Positions 39,235 through 48,759 of a stretch of DNA of 64,000 bases are shown here, in pieces. How positions within the stretch are numbered: position 1 is the stretch's first letter; each line of letters opens with the position of its first letter. The stretch covers positions 1 to 64,000 of the IMG/VR virus record IMGVR_UViG_3300017991_000090; one strand, given 5' to 3'. Under the pieces are notes generated by a model. It did no database searches, was not told the DNA's origin, and saw only the letters and a list, made by a program, of their open reading frames with translations. Both the position numbers and the translations under genes were made by a program. This DNA is from a virus.

Positions 39235-42200
39235 ATGCCAGATTCTAAACAGAAGGTTTTGCAGAAGCTGTCAAAGATGGATGCTGACGCTCGCAGCAAC
39301 GTGTTGATGAATACGACAGTTTCTGGCACTGTACAAAGAATACTTGAGTCCGTTGAAGATGATGAAGTTAAGCTGAAGGTCAACAAAATCTGGGTAGATA
39401 GAAAGCACAACAATAAAGACATCTCTGCTCAACAGTCGGTCAGGAATAAAGGCCAGATATGGGGAAACGATTTACGGGCAGACCTTGAGTTTGTTGACAA
39501 AACTACCGGAAAGGTTGTTGACCGGGTTCCAAATATTAAAGTTACTAACATTCCAAAAATTACAGACCGCGGCACATTTCTCGTTAAGGGTAATGAGTAC
39601 CAGTTTACAAAACAATCCAGGTTGAAGCCCGGCGTATACACAAAGCGACAGACCAATGGTGAGATAAGCTCTTTCTTCAATGTTGATAAGACCGTCGATT
39701 TTGAGCGAGGATTTAACAATAATTTCAAAATCAATTTCAACCCTGAGAAGAAAACATTCACCATGGGGTATGGCTCCAAGAACATACCTCTTATCAATGC
39801 TTTAAGAATGGTGGGTGTGAGTGAAAAGGAACTGACAGACCGATGGGGAAAGTCGGTCTACGAAGCCAATTCAAAAGCTTATGATAAACATGCTACCAGG
39901 GACCAGAACAAATTATACGAAGCAATATTTGGCCGCCCTCCGGCAACTGGAACACCAACGGCAAAAATAAATGAAGAGATAAAAGAACGACTTTTTGTCA
40001 CAGGCTTAGACCCTGAAACTACTCAAGTTACGTTGGGTAAGCCATATAAAAATGTCAACAAAAATGTTCTGCTTGATGCATCCAATAAAATTATTGGAAT
40101 ACATAAAGGTGATGTTGAAGGTGACGACCGGGAAGCTCTGATATTCAAATCCTTTTATGACATCGAAGACCATGTCAGGGAGAAGCTGGTCAAGAACAGT
40201 GGAAAAATTATCAACAATATTAAGTACAAGCTTAAAAAGAATAAACAGATTAATAAATCAATCAGCTCCCAGGTATTTGACCCGTTCGTTATAGGTGTCG
40301 TAACCAGCAGCCAGCTGTCAAACCCACCAAACCAGACCAACACCATGTCAATAATCGGAGAGGGTAGTAAGTTCACCGTAATGGGTGAGGGTGGTATAGG
40401 AACCACCAATGCTATCACCAATGAGACCAGGCAGATATCAAATAGTGAAGCAGGATTTATCGACCCGCTTCATACACCTGAAGGCCCGGGTATTGGAGTT
40501 GCGGTGCACAGCACTGTTGATACGATAAAAGTTGGCAATGATTTATACAGTCGCTTTCTGTCCCCAAAGGGTGAAACGGTTATGATGCGCCCAATGGACA
40601 CATGGGGTAAGAATATTGCTTTCCCGGATGAGTATGACACCTCCAGAAAAGTTCCAAAACCGAAGAAGAGGAAAGTCAGGGTTATCAATAAAGGTGATAT
40701 CAAAGAGGTTGCTGCATCAAAGGTTGACAGTATCATTGCCAGCCCGTCAGGTATGTTCGACACATCTGCAAACTCAATACCATTCCTGAATTCAATCCAG
40801 GGTAACCGTGGGCTGACAGCTTCGAAAATGCAAGAGCAAGCCCTGCCGTTAAAATACCGTGAGCAGCCTGTGGTTAATATTGTTGATGAAAACGGTATGT
40901 CTATTGGCGGAATGATGGCAGAGACAATGGCACTCCCAAAGTCCCCAGCAGCTGGAACCGTAACCAAGGTAACGCCGGGTAAAATAACTATCACTGATAA
41001 AAAAGGTGCCGCACATGATGTGCAGCTTTACAATAATTTCTCATTAAACTCAGAGAGTTTCATTCACAACGAGCCTCTTGTCAAAGAGGGCGATAAGGTT
41101 AAATCGGGACAAACTCTTGCCGACAACAATTTTACCAAAGATGGTAAAGTTGCTATCGGCACAAATCTCCGGGTGGCGTACCTTCCATACAAGGGCTACA
41201 ACTATGAGGATTCCGCGGTAATGTCAGAAAGTGGCGCGAAGAAATTAACCTCATTGCATATGCGTGATTTTAAAGTAAAGAGGTCAGCTAAAGGCACGTT
41301 CTCGAGAGATAAGTTCAAAGCGTACTACCCTGAAGAAGCAAATGCCGAACAGCTGTCGAAGCTGGACAAAGACGGTGTTATTAAAAAGGGCCAGAAAGTA
41401 GCTCGTGATGATATTCTTATTGCGCATATGGAGCGGCGCGTCCCGACAGCTGATGATAAGGCGCTTGGGCGTCTTGACAAACAGCTTATGAAAGACATGA
41501 CCAATAATGCCATCAAGTGGGACAATGACCATGTTGGAAAAGTTACCAATGTTGAGAAGCATGGTAACAGCGTCCTTGTCAGCATCAAGACCGAAGAACC
41601 CCTTCGTGAGGCTGATAAAATATCCGGGCTGCATGGCAATAAGCACATTATATCAAAGATACTTCCCGACCATGAAATGCCTTATGACCCGAAAACCGGA
41701 AAACACATTGAGTTGACTATGAACCCGATTGGTGTATCCAATCGTATTAATACATCTCAGATTCTGGAAAATGCAGCGGGCAAAATCGCTGACAAATCAG
41801 GGAAGCAGTATAAAGTTTTAAATTTCTCTGGTGAAGATAATTCACAAAAAGTAATGGATGATTTGAAAAAATGGGGCCTGGACGATAAAGATATTTTAAT
41901 CGACCCTGAGACGGGAAAGCCTTTTTTAAACCCGGTGGCTAATGGGAAGTCAAACATCCTGAAGCTGGAACACATTGTAGAGCATAAATTCTCTTCACGA
42001 TATAAAGACGGGTACGATGCAAATGAGCAGCCAGTAGCCGGTGGAAAGACCGGTGGTAAGAATCTTGCCAGAATGGAAATGGCTGCAATGCTTGCTCGCG
42101 GCGCCAATGAAAACCTGAAGGAGATGTTTCAAATTAAAGGCCAGAAAAATGATGAATTCTGGGAAGCCATGGAAACTGGCCAAAGCCTGCCACCGCCCAA

Positions 42201-45200
42201 GAAGGCATTTGTGTGGGACAAGATGCTTTCCATGATGGCTGGTTCCGGCATTAATGTGGAGCAGAAAGGGAAAACCTTTACTTTAAAGCCCATGACAGAT
42301 GATGAGATATTAGCAAGGTCAAGGGGCGAGTTAAAACGCCCACAGGAAACATACCGTAAAAAAGACATGTCCCCAATGCGGGAAGGGCTGTATGACCCGG
42401 TTAAAGCTGGTGGAATGTTCGGAGATCACTACACTCATTTTGCTCTTCCGGAAAAAACCCTTAATCCAATTACCGCCGCTGCCACAGCGTCTCTTCTTAA
42501 CATGCCTTTAAAGACTCTCAACAGCGTGATGGATGGTAAGCAGTTTATTGATAAAACAACCGGTGAGATAGTCAAGCCAGGTTCACGGAATGCTATATCT
42601 GGGGGGCCTGCTATTGAAATGATGCTGGAGCGTGTTAATGTTAATAAAGAGCTGAAAAATACTCAGGAGCTGGCCCAGACTATTACCAATCCGTCAGAAC
42701 TAAATAAGGCGCACCGCAAGATTAAGTATCTAAAATCGTTAAAAGACAATAAAATGAAACCAACTGATTACATGGTTTCAAACGTTCTGGTAACACCATC
42801 CAAATACCGTCCGATGGTAGCTATGGGGCCAGACAATGTAATCATAATGTCTGATATCAACAATCTGTATCAGACGGCTGGCCACACTGCAAAAGCGCTC
42901 AAAGGCCTGAAGTCTCAATTGAAGAAAAGTGTCGGAAATGATGATATTGAGAATCTTCAATTGGCAGAGACTCGTGGCGCAATGTACCAGGATTTGAAAG
43001 CGATATCCGGGCTGACCGAACCGACAGCATACCTTCATCGCGTTCAGGATAAGAAGGGTTTTATTACACAGATTGATGGCGGTAAAAAGAAGCAGACCAA
43101 AGAGGGTTTCTTCCAAGACCGGGTGCTTGAGCGCAGGCAGGACTTGGTCGGACGCTCTACCATTATCCTCAATCCCGACCTCGGTGGTGACGAGATTGGT
43201 CTCCCGAAAGACATGGCAACAAAAATGTTCCAGCCATTTATTATGCGTAAATTGATTGGTTGGGGGTATAAGCCTGGTGAGGCCCAAAAGCACATTAAAG
43301 AAAAGTCTCCAATATTCGAGCGGGCACGACAGGTCGTTTCAGATGAGAGGCTCATTATAGCAAACCGGGCACCGACGCTTCATCGGTGGAATATGACAGC
43401 CTTCAAACCAAAGCTGACAGATGGCAAATCCATTGAGGTTCCGTCTGTTGTGATTAAAGAGAATTTCGGCGGAGACTTTGACGGAGATACGTTCCAACTA
43501 CACACTCCGATAAGTGCAAAAGCTCTCCGGGAGGCGGAGGCAATGAAACCGTCAGCCAGTATGCTTAAGACCGGGTATGATTCAGTGCTGAATGCTCCTG
43601 AAGCAGATATGGTTGCTGGCAGCTGGTTAATGTCGAAGGGCAAGGGTGGGCAGAATACAAAACTAAAATTCAAAGATATTGAGGAAGCAAGGTTCGCTTT
43701 TAATAATAATAGGTTTACATACGGTGACACTATAGAGATCAATGGTCGTAAGGCTCCGTTCGGTATGCATGAAATTAATTCTGTTGTTCCAGAAGATACT
43801 CAGAAATGGGATGTTGAGCTTGATTCTAAAAATGTGCAGGATTGGGTTAAAAACGTAACCAAGAAGCACAATGGAAAGGTTGCGCTTGGTCTCGCTGATA
43901 AAATTAAAGATATTGGTAACAATTATGTTACCCAGTATGGATTTACACTCGGGGTCTCTGATACTCTGGCTGACAAAGACCTCAGAAAAACATTGCTGGA
44001 TGAAGCTTATCAGAAATCGCTTGGGCGTTCAGATAGAACTGTGGTCAAGGCGTATTCCGATGCGACAATCAAGGGCAAGAAAAAACTCGAAAAGAAATAC
44101 GGTGATTCGACCATGCTCGGTGTCGGGATACAATCAGGGGCTGGTAAAGGTATTGATAATACCTCTGCTATAACGCTTATGCCCGGTATTGTCATGGATG
44201 CGAATGACCAGCCAATACCGGTTCCGATTACCAAATCATACTCAGAAGGCCTAAATACTTCAGGGTATTGGGCCGCTGCTCATGGAGCCCGCGGCGGAAG
44301 TATTAAGAAATCAGTTCAGTCTTATATGCCGGGCTGGCTGACAAAAGACCTGATGAACTCAATCTACGAAACGCGCATCCATAATGATGAGCCAGTAGAT
44401 GTTGAGGGTGTCGAATACAAGATTGATGATAAGAAGGCTATAATGAACCGATACCTTGCCCGTGATGTTAAAGACACCGGTGGTAAGATTATCGCCAAGC
44501 GCAATGAGCTTATTGACAGCGACACGATGAACAAGATGGTTCAGAATAAAGTCAAAAGTATATTTATCCAATCGCCCCTTACCGACCCAACACCAGGAGA
44601 CGGGTTCTCAAGCTGGTCATATGGCACGGATTATGAGGGTAAGCGTCACAATATCGGTGACAATATCGGTGTAATCTCTGCCCATACAATTACCGAGCCG
44701 TCACTTAACCTTGCCATGAAATCGTTTCATACCGGCGGCGCTTTTAAAGGTGATGATACACACCAGAAAGGTACCCGCTTCGACCAGCTGGACAGAACAT
44801 TGCGGTTTACCAGAAACCTTCCGGACAAGGCTACCCTTTCAGATATGAGCGGAGAGGTAAAGAGTATTTCCAAGTCTCCTATTGGAGGTTGGGACGTTGT
44901 CTTATCTGATGGAAAGAAAGAAACCAACCGGTATATTGACCCGAACAATCGCGTCTCGGTAAAGAGGGGTGACAGGATTAAGATGGGAGACAAGCTGTCA
45001 ACTGGAACTCCCAGTGCTCACGATATGTTGAAATACAAAGGTATGAAAGATACTCAAAAGTTCCTGGTCGAACAGATTGATGACATTAATGAGGGTAAGC
45101 TCGACCGTAGAGATATTGAAACAATTGTCCGTGGGATTACCAATACAACAAGAGTGCTTGACCCTGGCTCCAGCGCATATACCCCTCACGACATCGCCCC

Positions 45201-45579
45201 TCTTACTGCCGTAGAGCATTATAACAATAATAACGAGAAGGAAGAAGATATTGAGCAGTCTGAGGGAGACCATCTCGCTCAGAATTATGGCACGCACAAA
45301 AAGCATCAGAAAATTGATAAGAGAACAATCGACGACCTCGGCAAAAAGGGTGTTAAGCGGGTCAAGGTCTTTAAGGATAGAATTAAACACGAGCCGTTCT
45401 TAACGCCGGCGGGTATCAGTGCGAAGGCTGCGTCTTCAGAAGACTGGATTGCACGCCTTGCTCATAACAGAATTAGAAAAGTTCTGGAAGAAGGTACCAC
45501 TCAGGGTTGGAAAACTACAATCGACCCGAAGAAAGGGCACCCGATCCCTCAGTACGTGACAGGAGAATACACATGGTAA
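39235..45579 (+). CDS. rpoBC: Single-polypeptide DNA-directed RNA polymerase, beta + beta' fusion
   Basis: beta motifs TPEG, GYNYEDS, DKISGLHGNK, NPIGVSNRIN, LKLEH; beta' motifs GRSTI, NRAPTLH, catalytic GGDFDGD, EPSLNLAMKSFHTGG. Confidence 0.95.
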   Translation: MPDSKQKVLQKLSKMDADARSNVLMNTTVSGTVQRILESVEDDEVKLKVNKIWVDRKHNNKDISAQQSVRNKGQIWGNDLRADLEFVDKTTGKVVDRVPNIKVTNIPKITDRGTFLVKGNEYQFTKQSRLKPGVYTKRQTNGEISSFFNVDKTVDFERGFNNNFKINFNPEKKTFTMGYGSKNIPLINALRMVGVSEKELTDRWGKSVYEANSKAYDKHATRDQNKLYEAIFGRPPATGTPTAKINEEIKERLFVTGLDPETTQVTLGKPYKNVNKNVLLDASNKIIGIHKGDVEGDDREALIFKSFYDIEDHVREKLVKNSGKIINNIKYKLKKNKQINKSISSQVFDPFVIGVVTSSQLSNPPNQTNTMSIIGEGSKFTVMGEGGIGTTNAITNETRQISNSEAGFIDPLHTPEGPGIGVAVHSTVDTIKVGNDLYSRFLSPKGETVMMRPMDTWGKNIAFPDEYDTSRKVPKPKKRKVRVINKGDIKEVAASKVDSIIASPSGMFDTSANSIPFLNSIQGNRGLTASKMQEQALPLKYREQPVVNIVDENGMSIGGMMAETMALPKSPAAGTVTKVTPGKITITDKKGAAHDVQLYNNFSLNSESFIHNEPLVKEGDKVKSGQTLADNNFTKDGKVAIGTNLRVAYLPYKGYNYEDSAVMSESGAKKLTSLHMRDFKVKRSAKGTFSRDKFKAYYPEEANAEQLSKLDKDGVIKKGQKVARDDILIAHMERRVPTADDKALGRLDKQLMKDMTNNAIKWDNDHVGKVTNVEKHGNSVLVSIKTEEPLREADKISGLHGNKHIISKILPDHEMPYDPKTGKHIELTMNPIGVSNRINTSQILENAAGKIADKSGKQYKVLNFSGEDNSQKVMDDLKKWGLDDKDILIDPETGKPFLNPVANGKSNILKLEHIVEHKFSSRYKDGYDANEQPVAGGKTGGKNLARMEMAAMLARGANENLKEMFQIKGQKNDEFWEAMETGQSLPPPKKAFVWDKMLSMMAGSGINVEQKGKTFTLKPMTDDEILARSRGELKRPQETYRKKDMSPMREGLYDPVKAGGMFGDHYTHFALPEKTLNPITAAATASLLNMPLKTLNSVMDGKQFIDKTTGEIVKPGSRNAISGGPAIEMMLERVNVNKELKNTQELAQTITNPSELNKAHRKIKYLKSLKDNKMKPTDYMVSNVLVTPSKYRPMVAMGPDNVIIMSDINNLYQTAGHTAKALKGLKSQLKKSVGNDDIENLQLAETRGAMYQDLKAISGLTEPTAYLHRVQDKKGFITQIDGGKKKQTKEGFFQDRVLERRQDLVGRSTIILNPDLGGDEIGLPKDMATKMFQPFIMRKLIGWGYKPGEAQKHIKEKSPIFERARQVVSDERLIIANRAPTLHRWNMTAFKPKLTDGKSIEVPSVVIKENFGGDFDGDTFQLHTPISAKALREAEAMKPSASMLKTGYDSVLNAPEADMVAGSWLMSKGKGGQNTKLKFKDIEEARFAFNNNRFTYGDTIEINGRKAPFGMHEINSVVPEDTQKWDVELDSKNVQDWVKNVTKKHNGKVALGLADKIKDIGNNYVTQYGFTLGVSDTLADKDLRKTLLDEAYQKSLGRSDRTVVKAYSDATIKGKKKLEKKYGDSTMLGVGIQSGAGKGIDNTSAITLMPGIVMDANDQPIPVPITKSYSEGLNTSGYWAAAHGARGGSIKKSVQSYMPGWLTKDLMNSIYETRIHNDEPVDVEGVEYKIDDKKAIMNRYLARDVKDTGGKIIAKRNELIDSDTMNKMVQNKVKSIFIQSPLTDPTPGDGFSSWSYGTDYEGKRHNIGDNIGVISAHTITEPSLNLAMKSFHTGGAFKGDDTHQKGTRFDQLDRTLRFTRNLPDKATLSDMSGEVKSISKSPIGGWDVVLSDGKKETNRYIDPNNRVSVKRGDRIKMGDKLSTGTPSAHDMLKYKGMKDTQKFLVEQIDDINEGKLDRRDIETIVRGITNTTRVLDPGSSAYTPHDIAPLTAVEHYNNNNEKEEDIEQSEGDHLAQNYGTHKKHQKIDKRTIDDLGKKGVKRVKVFKDRIKHEPFLTPAGISAKAASSEDWIARLAHNRIRKVLEEGTTQGWKTTIDPKKGHPIPQYVTGEYTW

Positions 45580-46376
45580 TTTATGATGATATTTACAACG
45601 CCGCCTTTATTGACGAGCTTGAGAAATTGTCTGGCTGCAAAAGCCATAAAGGTGTTAAGCCTAAAAAAACAAAGCCTATTGAAAAAGTTGCCGGTAGATA
45701 TGAAACAATATTAGAGCGTGCCGGCACACCATTGGTGGCGGGTTTAATGGGACTTGGTCTTGGTGGTTCTGTATTTGGCACAATAGCTCAAAAGAAAATT
45801 GAAGATATCACCCCTGAATTTGCTAAAAAGATGGAGCAGTCTTCTGCCAGTGTGAGAGACTTAAGAAAAAAAGTAAAAGAATTGCATCCTGAAGTTTCAG
45901 TAATTACCAAGAAAAAAGAGCTTAAGAAAATGAAGGACGTCAATGTGCTGAGAAAAATACTGCTCGGTATGTTTACTCCTATTGAAGAGAACGCATTGTA
46001 TTCATCCAGTAAGAAAAGCCCTATTGTAATACTTCCAGACACTGGTAAAATTAATAAGTACGTTCTCGGGCATGAGCTGGGCCACCATCGATCATATAAA
46101 GAGTTGCAGGACAAAGGGCTCTTGACTAAAATAAAAAGACATTTCGAGCCCGATTTAAAAGAAGAGCATAGGGCGTGGGAACTCTCTCCATTTGCCGGGC
46201 AGAAGCGTGAAGAGAAAATAAAAGAACTTGCCCTGCAAACTTATACTGAAGCTGATAAGGCCGGTAAACGGGCAAGAGCCACTGCTCTTGCGGTTGCTGC
46301 TCCAACTGCTGTTGTGGTTAATAAAGATTTGATTGTTGACGCAGTAAAGAAACTCAAAAAAATAGTAAAAAAGTAG
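45573..46376 (+). CDS. Zn metallopeptidase-like (HExxH) virion protein with K-x-A leader
   Basis: GHELGH...EEHRAW; AFIDELEKLS leader; AGGAG RBS. Confidence 0.6.
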   Translation: MVIYDDIYNAAFIDELEKLSGCKSHKGVKPKKTKPIEKVAGRYETILERAGTPLVAGLMGLGLGGSVFGTIAQKKIEDITPEFAKKMEQSSASVRDLRKKVKELHPEVSVITKKKELKKMKDVNVLRKILLGMFTPIEENALYSSSKKSPIVILPDTGKINKYVLGHELGHHRSYKELQDKGLLTKIKRHFEPDLKEEHRAWELSPFAGQKREEKIKELALQTYTEADKAGKRARATALAVAAPTAVVVNKDLIVDAVKKLKKIVKK

Positions 46377-46381
46377 GTATT

Positions 46382-46687
46382 ATGAATCAAAATGTAATGA
46401 CAGCCTTTTCTGGCGCAATGATAAAACTTGCCAAGAAAAGCTCATTCGAAATTCTGAAGAAGTATAAAGTTCCTCTCACCCCAGAGGAGCGATCAACTGT
46501 AATGAAAAGGGGGGCTGTATGGCACCATGGCCCAAATGGTGAAGAGACCCCAGCTGTATGGAAATCTCATAACCCTAAAACTAAAAAGACAACTTATATT
46601 ACAAACACTCACCGGGCGTACAATGCTCGACCGACGCTCCGTGGAGCAATCAGTCGTTATCATAAATTTATCAAAGGTACTGCATAA
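46382..46687 (+). CDS. Small basic protein with K-x-A leader
   Basis: AFSGAMIKLA. Confidence 0.55.
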   Translation: MNQNVMTAFSGAMIKLAKKSSFEILKKYKVPLTPEERSTVMKRGAVWHHGPNGEETPAVWKSHNPKTKKTTYITNTHRAYNARPTLRGAISRYHKFIKGTA

Positions 46688-46690
46688 TTT

Positions 46691-48061
46691 ATGAATCATC
46701 CAACCGACACCATTAGCCAGACCCCTGTTCAGTGTATGTGCAGTGGTATTATAACCAATAAGCTCGAAGATGAGGAGTCATACGAGGTCAGCTTGTATGA
46801 TTCTCCCATGCTTGGTTTTGCAGGGCCAGTCAATGCTACTCTTATGTACAGCCCAGGAACAGATGGTAATTTTAAAAAGGGTGACTATGTAAAATTAATG
46901 GTCAGTTTTGCATTTGGTGGTGCGAAGAATGATTATGAAGGTGTTATGGCCGGAGGTAATCATTACATTTTAGGAATGTTCAATGAGCGCACCATGGCCA
47001 CCAAAAGGGTGGAGAACCCATTGTCAGAAAACAGTCCTGACCATATGAGGTATCTGAACGCAAAAAGCGATGCTGGACTCGTTGCTACTGATAGTGGTGA
47101 TGTGGTCATGGCGTCAGGTGGCGCAATACAGTTTGTTTTAAAACCGTTCGGCTACGGCTTATCACGCAATATGAGTTACCTTGTTGCTCAGAACCATTTC
47201 CGTATCGTTTCTCATAACCCACCTAATTATTTCGCCAGAGAGCATTTCGGCATGTATGACGGTGATAATGTTGAGGATGAAAGCGGTAGGATTTCTGAGG
47301 AAGACTTCCCGGTAATTTACCGGAGGTTTGTTACTCAGACCAGGTCGCCATATAATTGGGTTTCTACCTGCGAAGGGGCTTATGCGCCGTGGGTGGGGGC
47401 AAATATGGATGAGCCATCCGTGACCAAAAACAAAGACGTTTTGTTTACCAAAATTGTAAACTTTAGAGACACCCGGGCCACAATAGAAATCGGAAAGCCA
47501 GGCGATGAGTTTGTAAATATCCGCGTCGATGATGTCAAAGACAATGAGAAGACGGTGCCGGTGTCTCCAGGCGCAACACCAGCCCTTGTCGGAAACCGGT
47601 TTAAGCTGACAATCAGCGATAAAGGTGAGCTTGATCTGAGGGCTGCGAGCCAGGCCAAGCCCGCTGAGAACCTGAATGCATTTCATTTAAAGATTGATGA
47701 AGACGGCCTGACTATACATTCCAAGGGTCGCATCTCTCTGTCTCATGGTGATAATGATGAGAGTAACAACTCAATTGTTCTTGACCCGTCAAATGGTATT
47801 GATATTACCGCCTTGAACGGGGTGAGGATAAATAAGCAGGAAATTCTTTTAAATTCATTTCTTGAATTTTTAAGCACGTATAGAAAACTGTGGTGTCAGG
47901 TAACATCCCCTGGCGGCCCGGCATTTATACACCCTGCTATTGAACCCATCTTCGATGCTGGGATTAAAAAGTTTGCTAAAAATGGAGGATTTACATCAAT
48001 CGGTAAAGATAAAGCGGCGTCAGGTTTGATTAGAGACCGTGATAGATTTCCTACGGTTTAA
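46691..48061 (+). CDS. Putative baseplate spike/hub (gp5/gpV-like) protein
   Basis: OB-like N-terminus and repeated short beta-strand C-terminus; weak. Confidence 0.4.
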   Translation: MNHPTDTISQTPVQCMCSGIITNKLEDEESYEVSLYDSPMLGFAGPVNATLMYSPGTDGNFKKGDYVKLMVSFAFGGAKNDYEGVMAGGNHYILGMFNERTMATKRVENPLSENSPDHMRYLNAKSDAGLVATDSGDVVMASGGAIQFVLKPFGYGLSRNMSYLVAQNHFRIVSHNPPNYFAREHFGMYDGDNVEDESGRISEEDFPVIYRRFVTQTRSPYNWVSTCEGAYAPWVGANMDEPSVTKNKDVLFTKIVNFRDTRATIEIGKPGDEFVNIRVDDVKDNEKTVPVSPGATPALVGNRFKLTISDKGELDLRAASQAKPAENLNAFHLKIDEDGLTIHSKGRISLSHGDNDESNNSIVLDPSNGIDITALNGVRINKQEILLNSFLEFLSTYRKLWCQVTSPGGPAFIHPAIEPIFDAGIKKFAKNGGFTSIGKDKAASGLIRDRDRFPTV

Positions 48062-48079
48062 ATTTAATCGGCTGTGAAT

Positions 48080-48108
48080 TTGAATTAAGTTAAATTATAT
48101 TATATAAT
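48080..48108 (+). promoter_or_regulatory. sigma70-like promoter TTGAAT-N17-TATAAT
   Basis: AT-rich intergenic region with 17-bp spacing. Confidence 0.5.
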
Positions 48109-48121
48109 ATGAGAGGTTAAG

Positions 48122-48439
48122 GTGCCTTTAATAAGAAAAACCGAATCAATTGTCGGCAAGCAGGTTGTTGGCGATGTAACGAAATTCGTGCGTGATAACG
48201 CAGAGGCGCTTGAACGAGAGGCGTTCAGCAAAAAAGAAAAGTTCGAAATGACACTTGAGGAAAGTGCTAAACACCTGTCTCATGCAATAGCTTACGGTAT
48301 ATCAAAAGTATTATCGCATCAATTGGTTTCAACAGCTTTTGCCCAGGGAATATGCCCTGTTGGTGGTGATGTGCCGCCATATCAGGTTGGAAATAAAATA
48401 TTTGATGCACTGAACGGCGTTACCAAGGAAAAGTCATGA
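48122..48439 (+). CDS. Hypothetical structural protein
   Basis: GAGG RBS; shares AI-x-YG-x-S...L-S motif with the next ORF (likely paralogues). Confidence 0.5.
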   Translation: MPLIRKTESIVGKQVVGDVTKFVRDNAEALEREAFSKKEKFEMTLEESAKHLSHAIAYGISKVLSHQLVSTAFAQGICPVGGDVPPYQVGNKIFDALNGVTKEKS

Positions 48440-48744
48440 CCCAGGAGCGGTTTACAAAATCAATAATGGGTCAATACCTTGAGCCTAAGATTTATAAATT
48501 TATCATGGATAATATAAATCACTTAAGGAACCGCCGTGATGTGGATATAGAGATAGGATCTGAATTGATAGCAAACGCAATAGTGTATGGAACATCTTTA
48601 GCACTTTCAAGCAACATAATGAAAGCTGCACTTGCTGTCGGAATAACACCATTACCAGTTGCCCCAGCCACAGTTACTCCAGGTGGGCCAATTGGACTAT
48701 GGATGTATCAAACCCTGAAACCAAGTGTTATAAAAGAAACATAA
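48436..48744 (+). CDS. Hypothetical structural protein, paralogue of the previous ORF
   Basis: ATGA overlap; ANAIVYGTSLALSS. Confidence 0.5.
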   Translation: MTQERFTKSIMGQYLEPKIYKFIMDNINHLRNRRDVDIEIGSELIANAIVYGTSLALSSNIMKAALAVGITPLPVAPATVTPGGPIGLWMYQTLKPSVIKET

Positions 48745-48759
48745 ACAAGGACATAAAAT

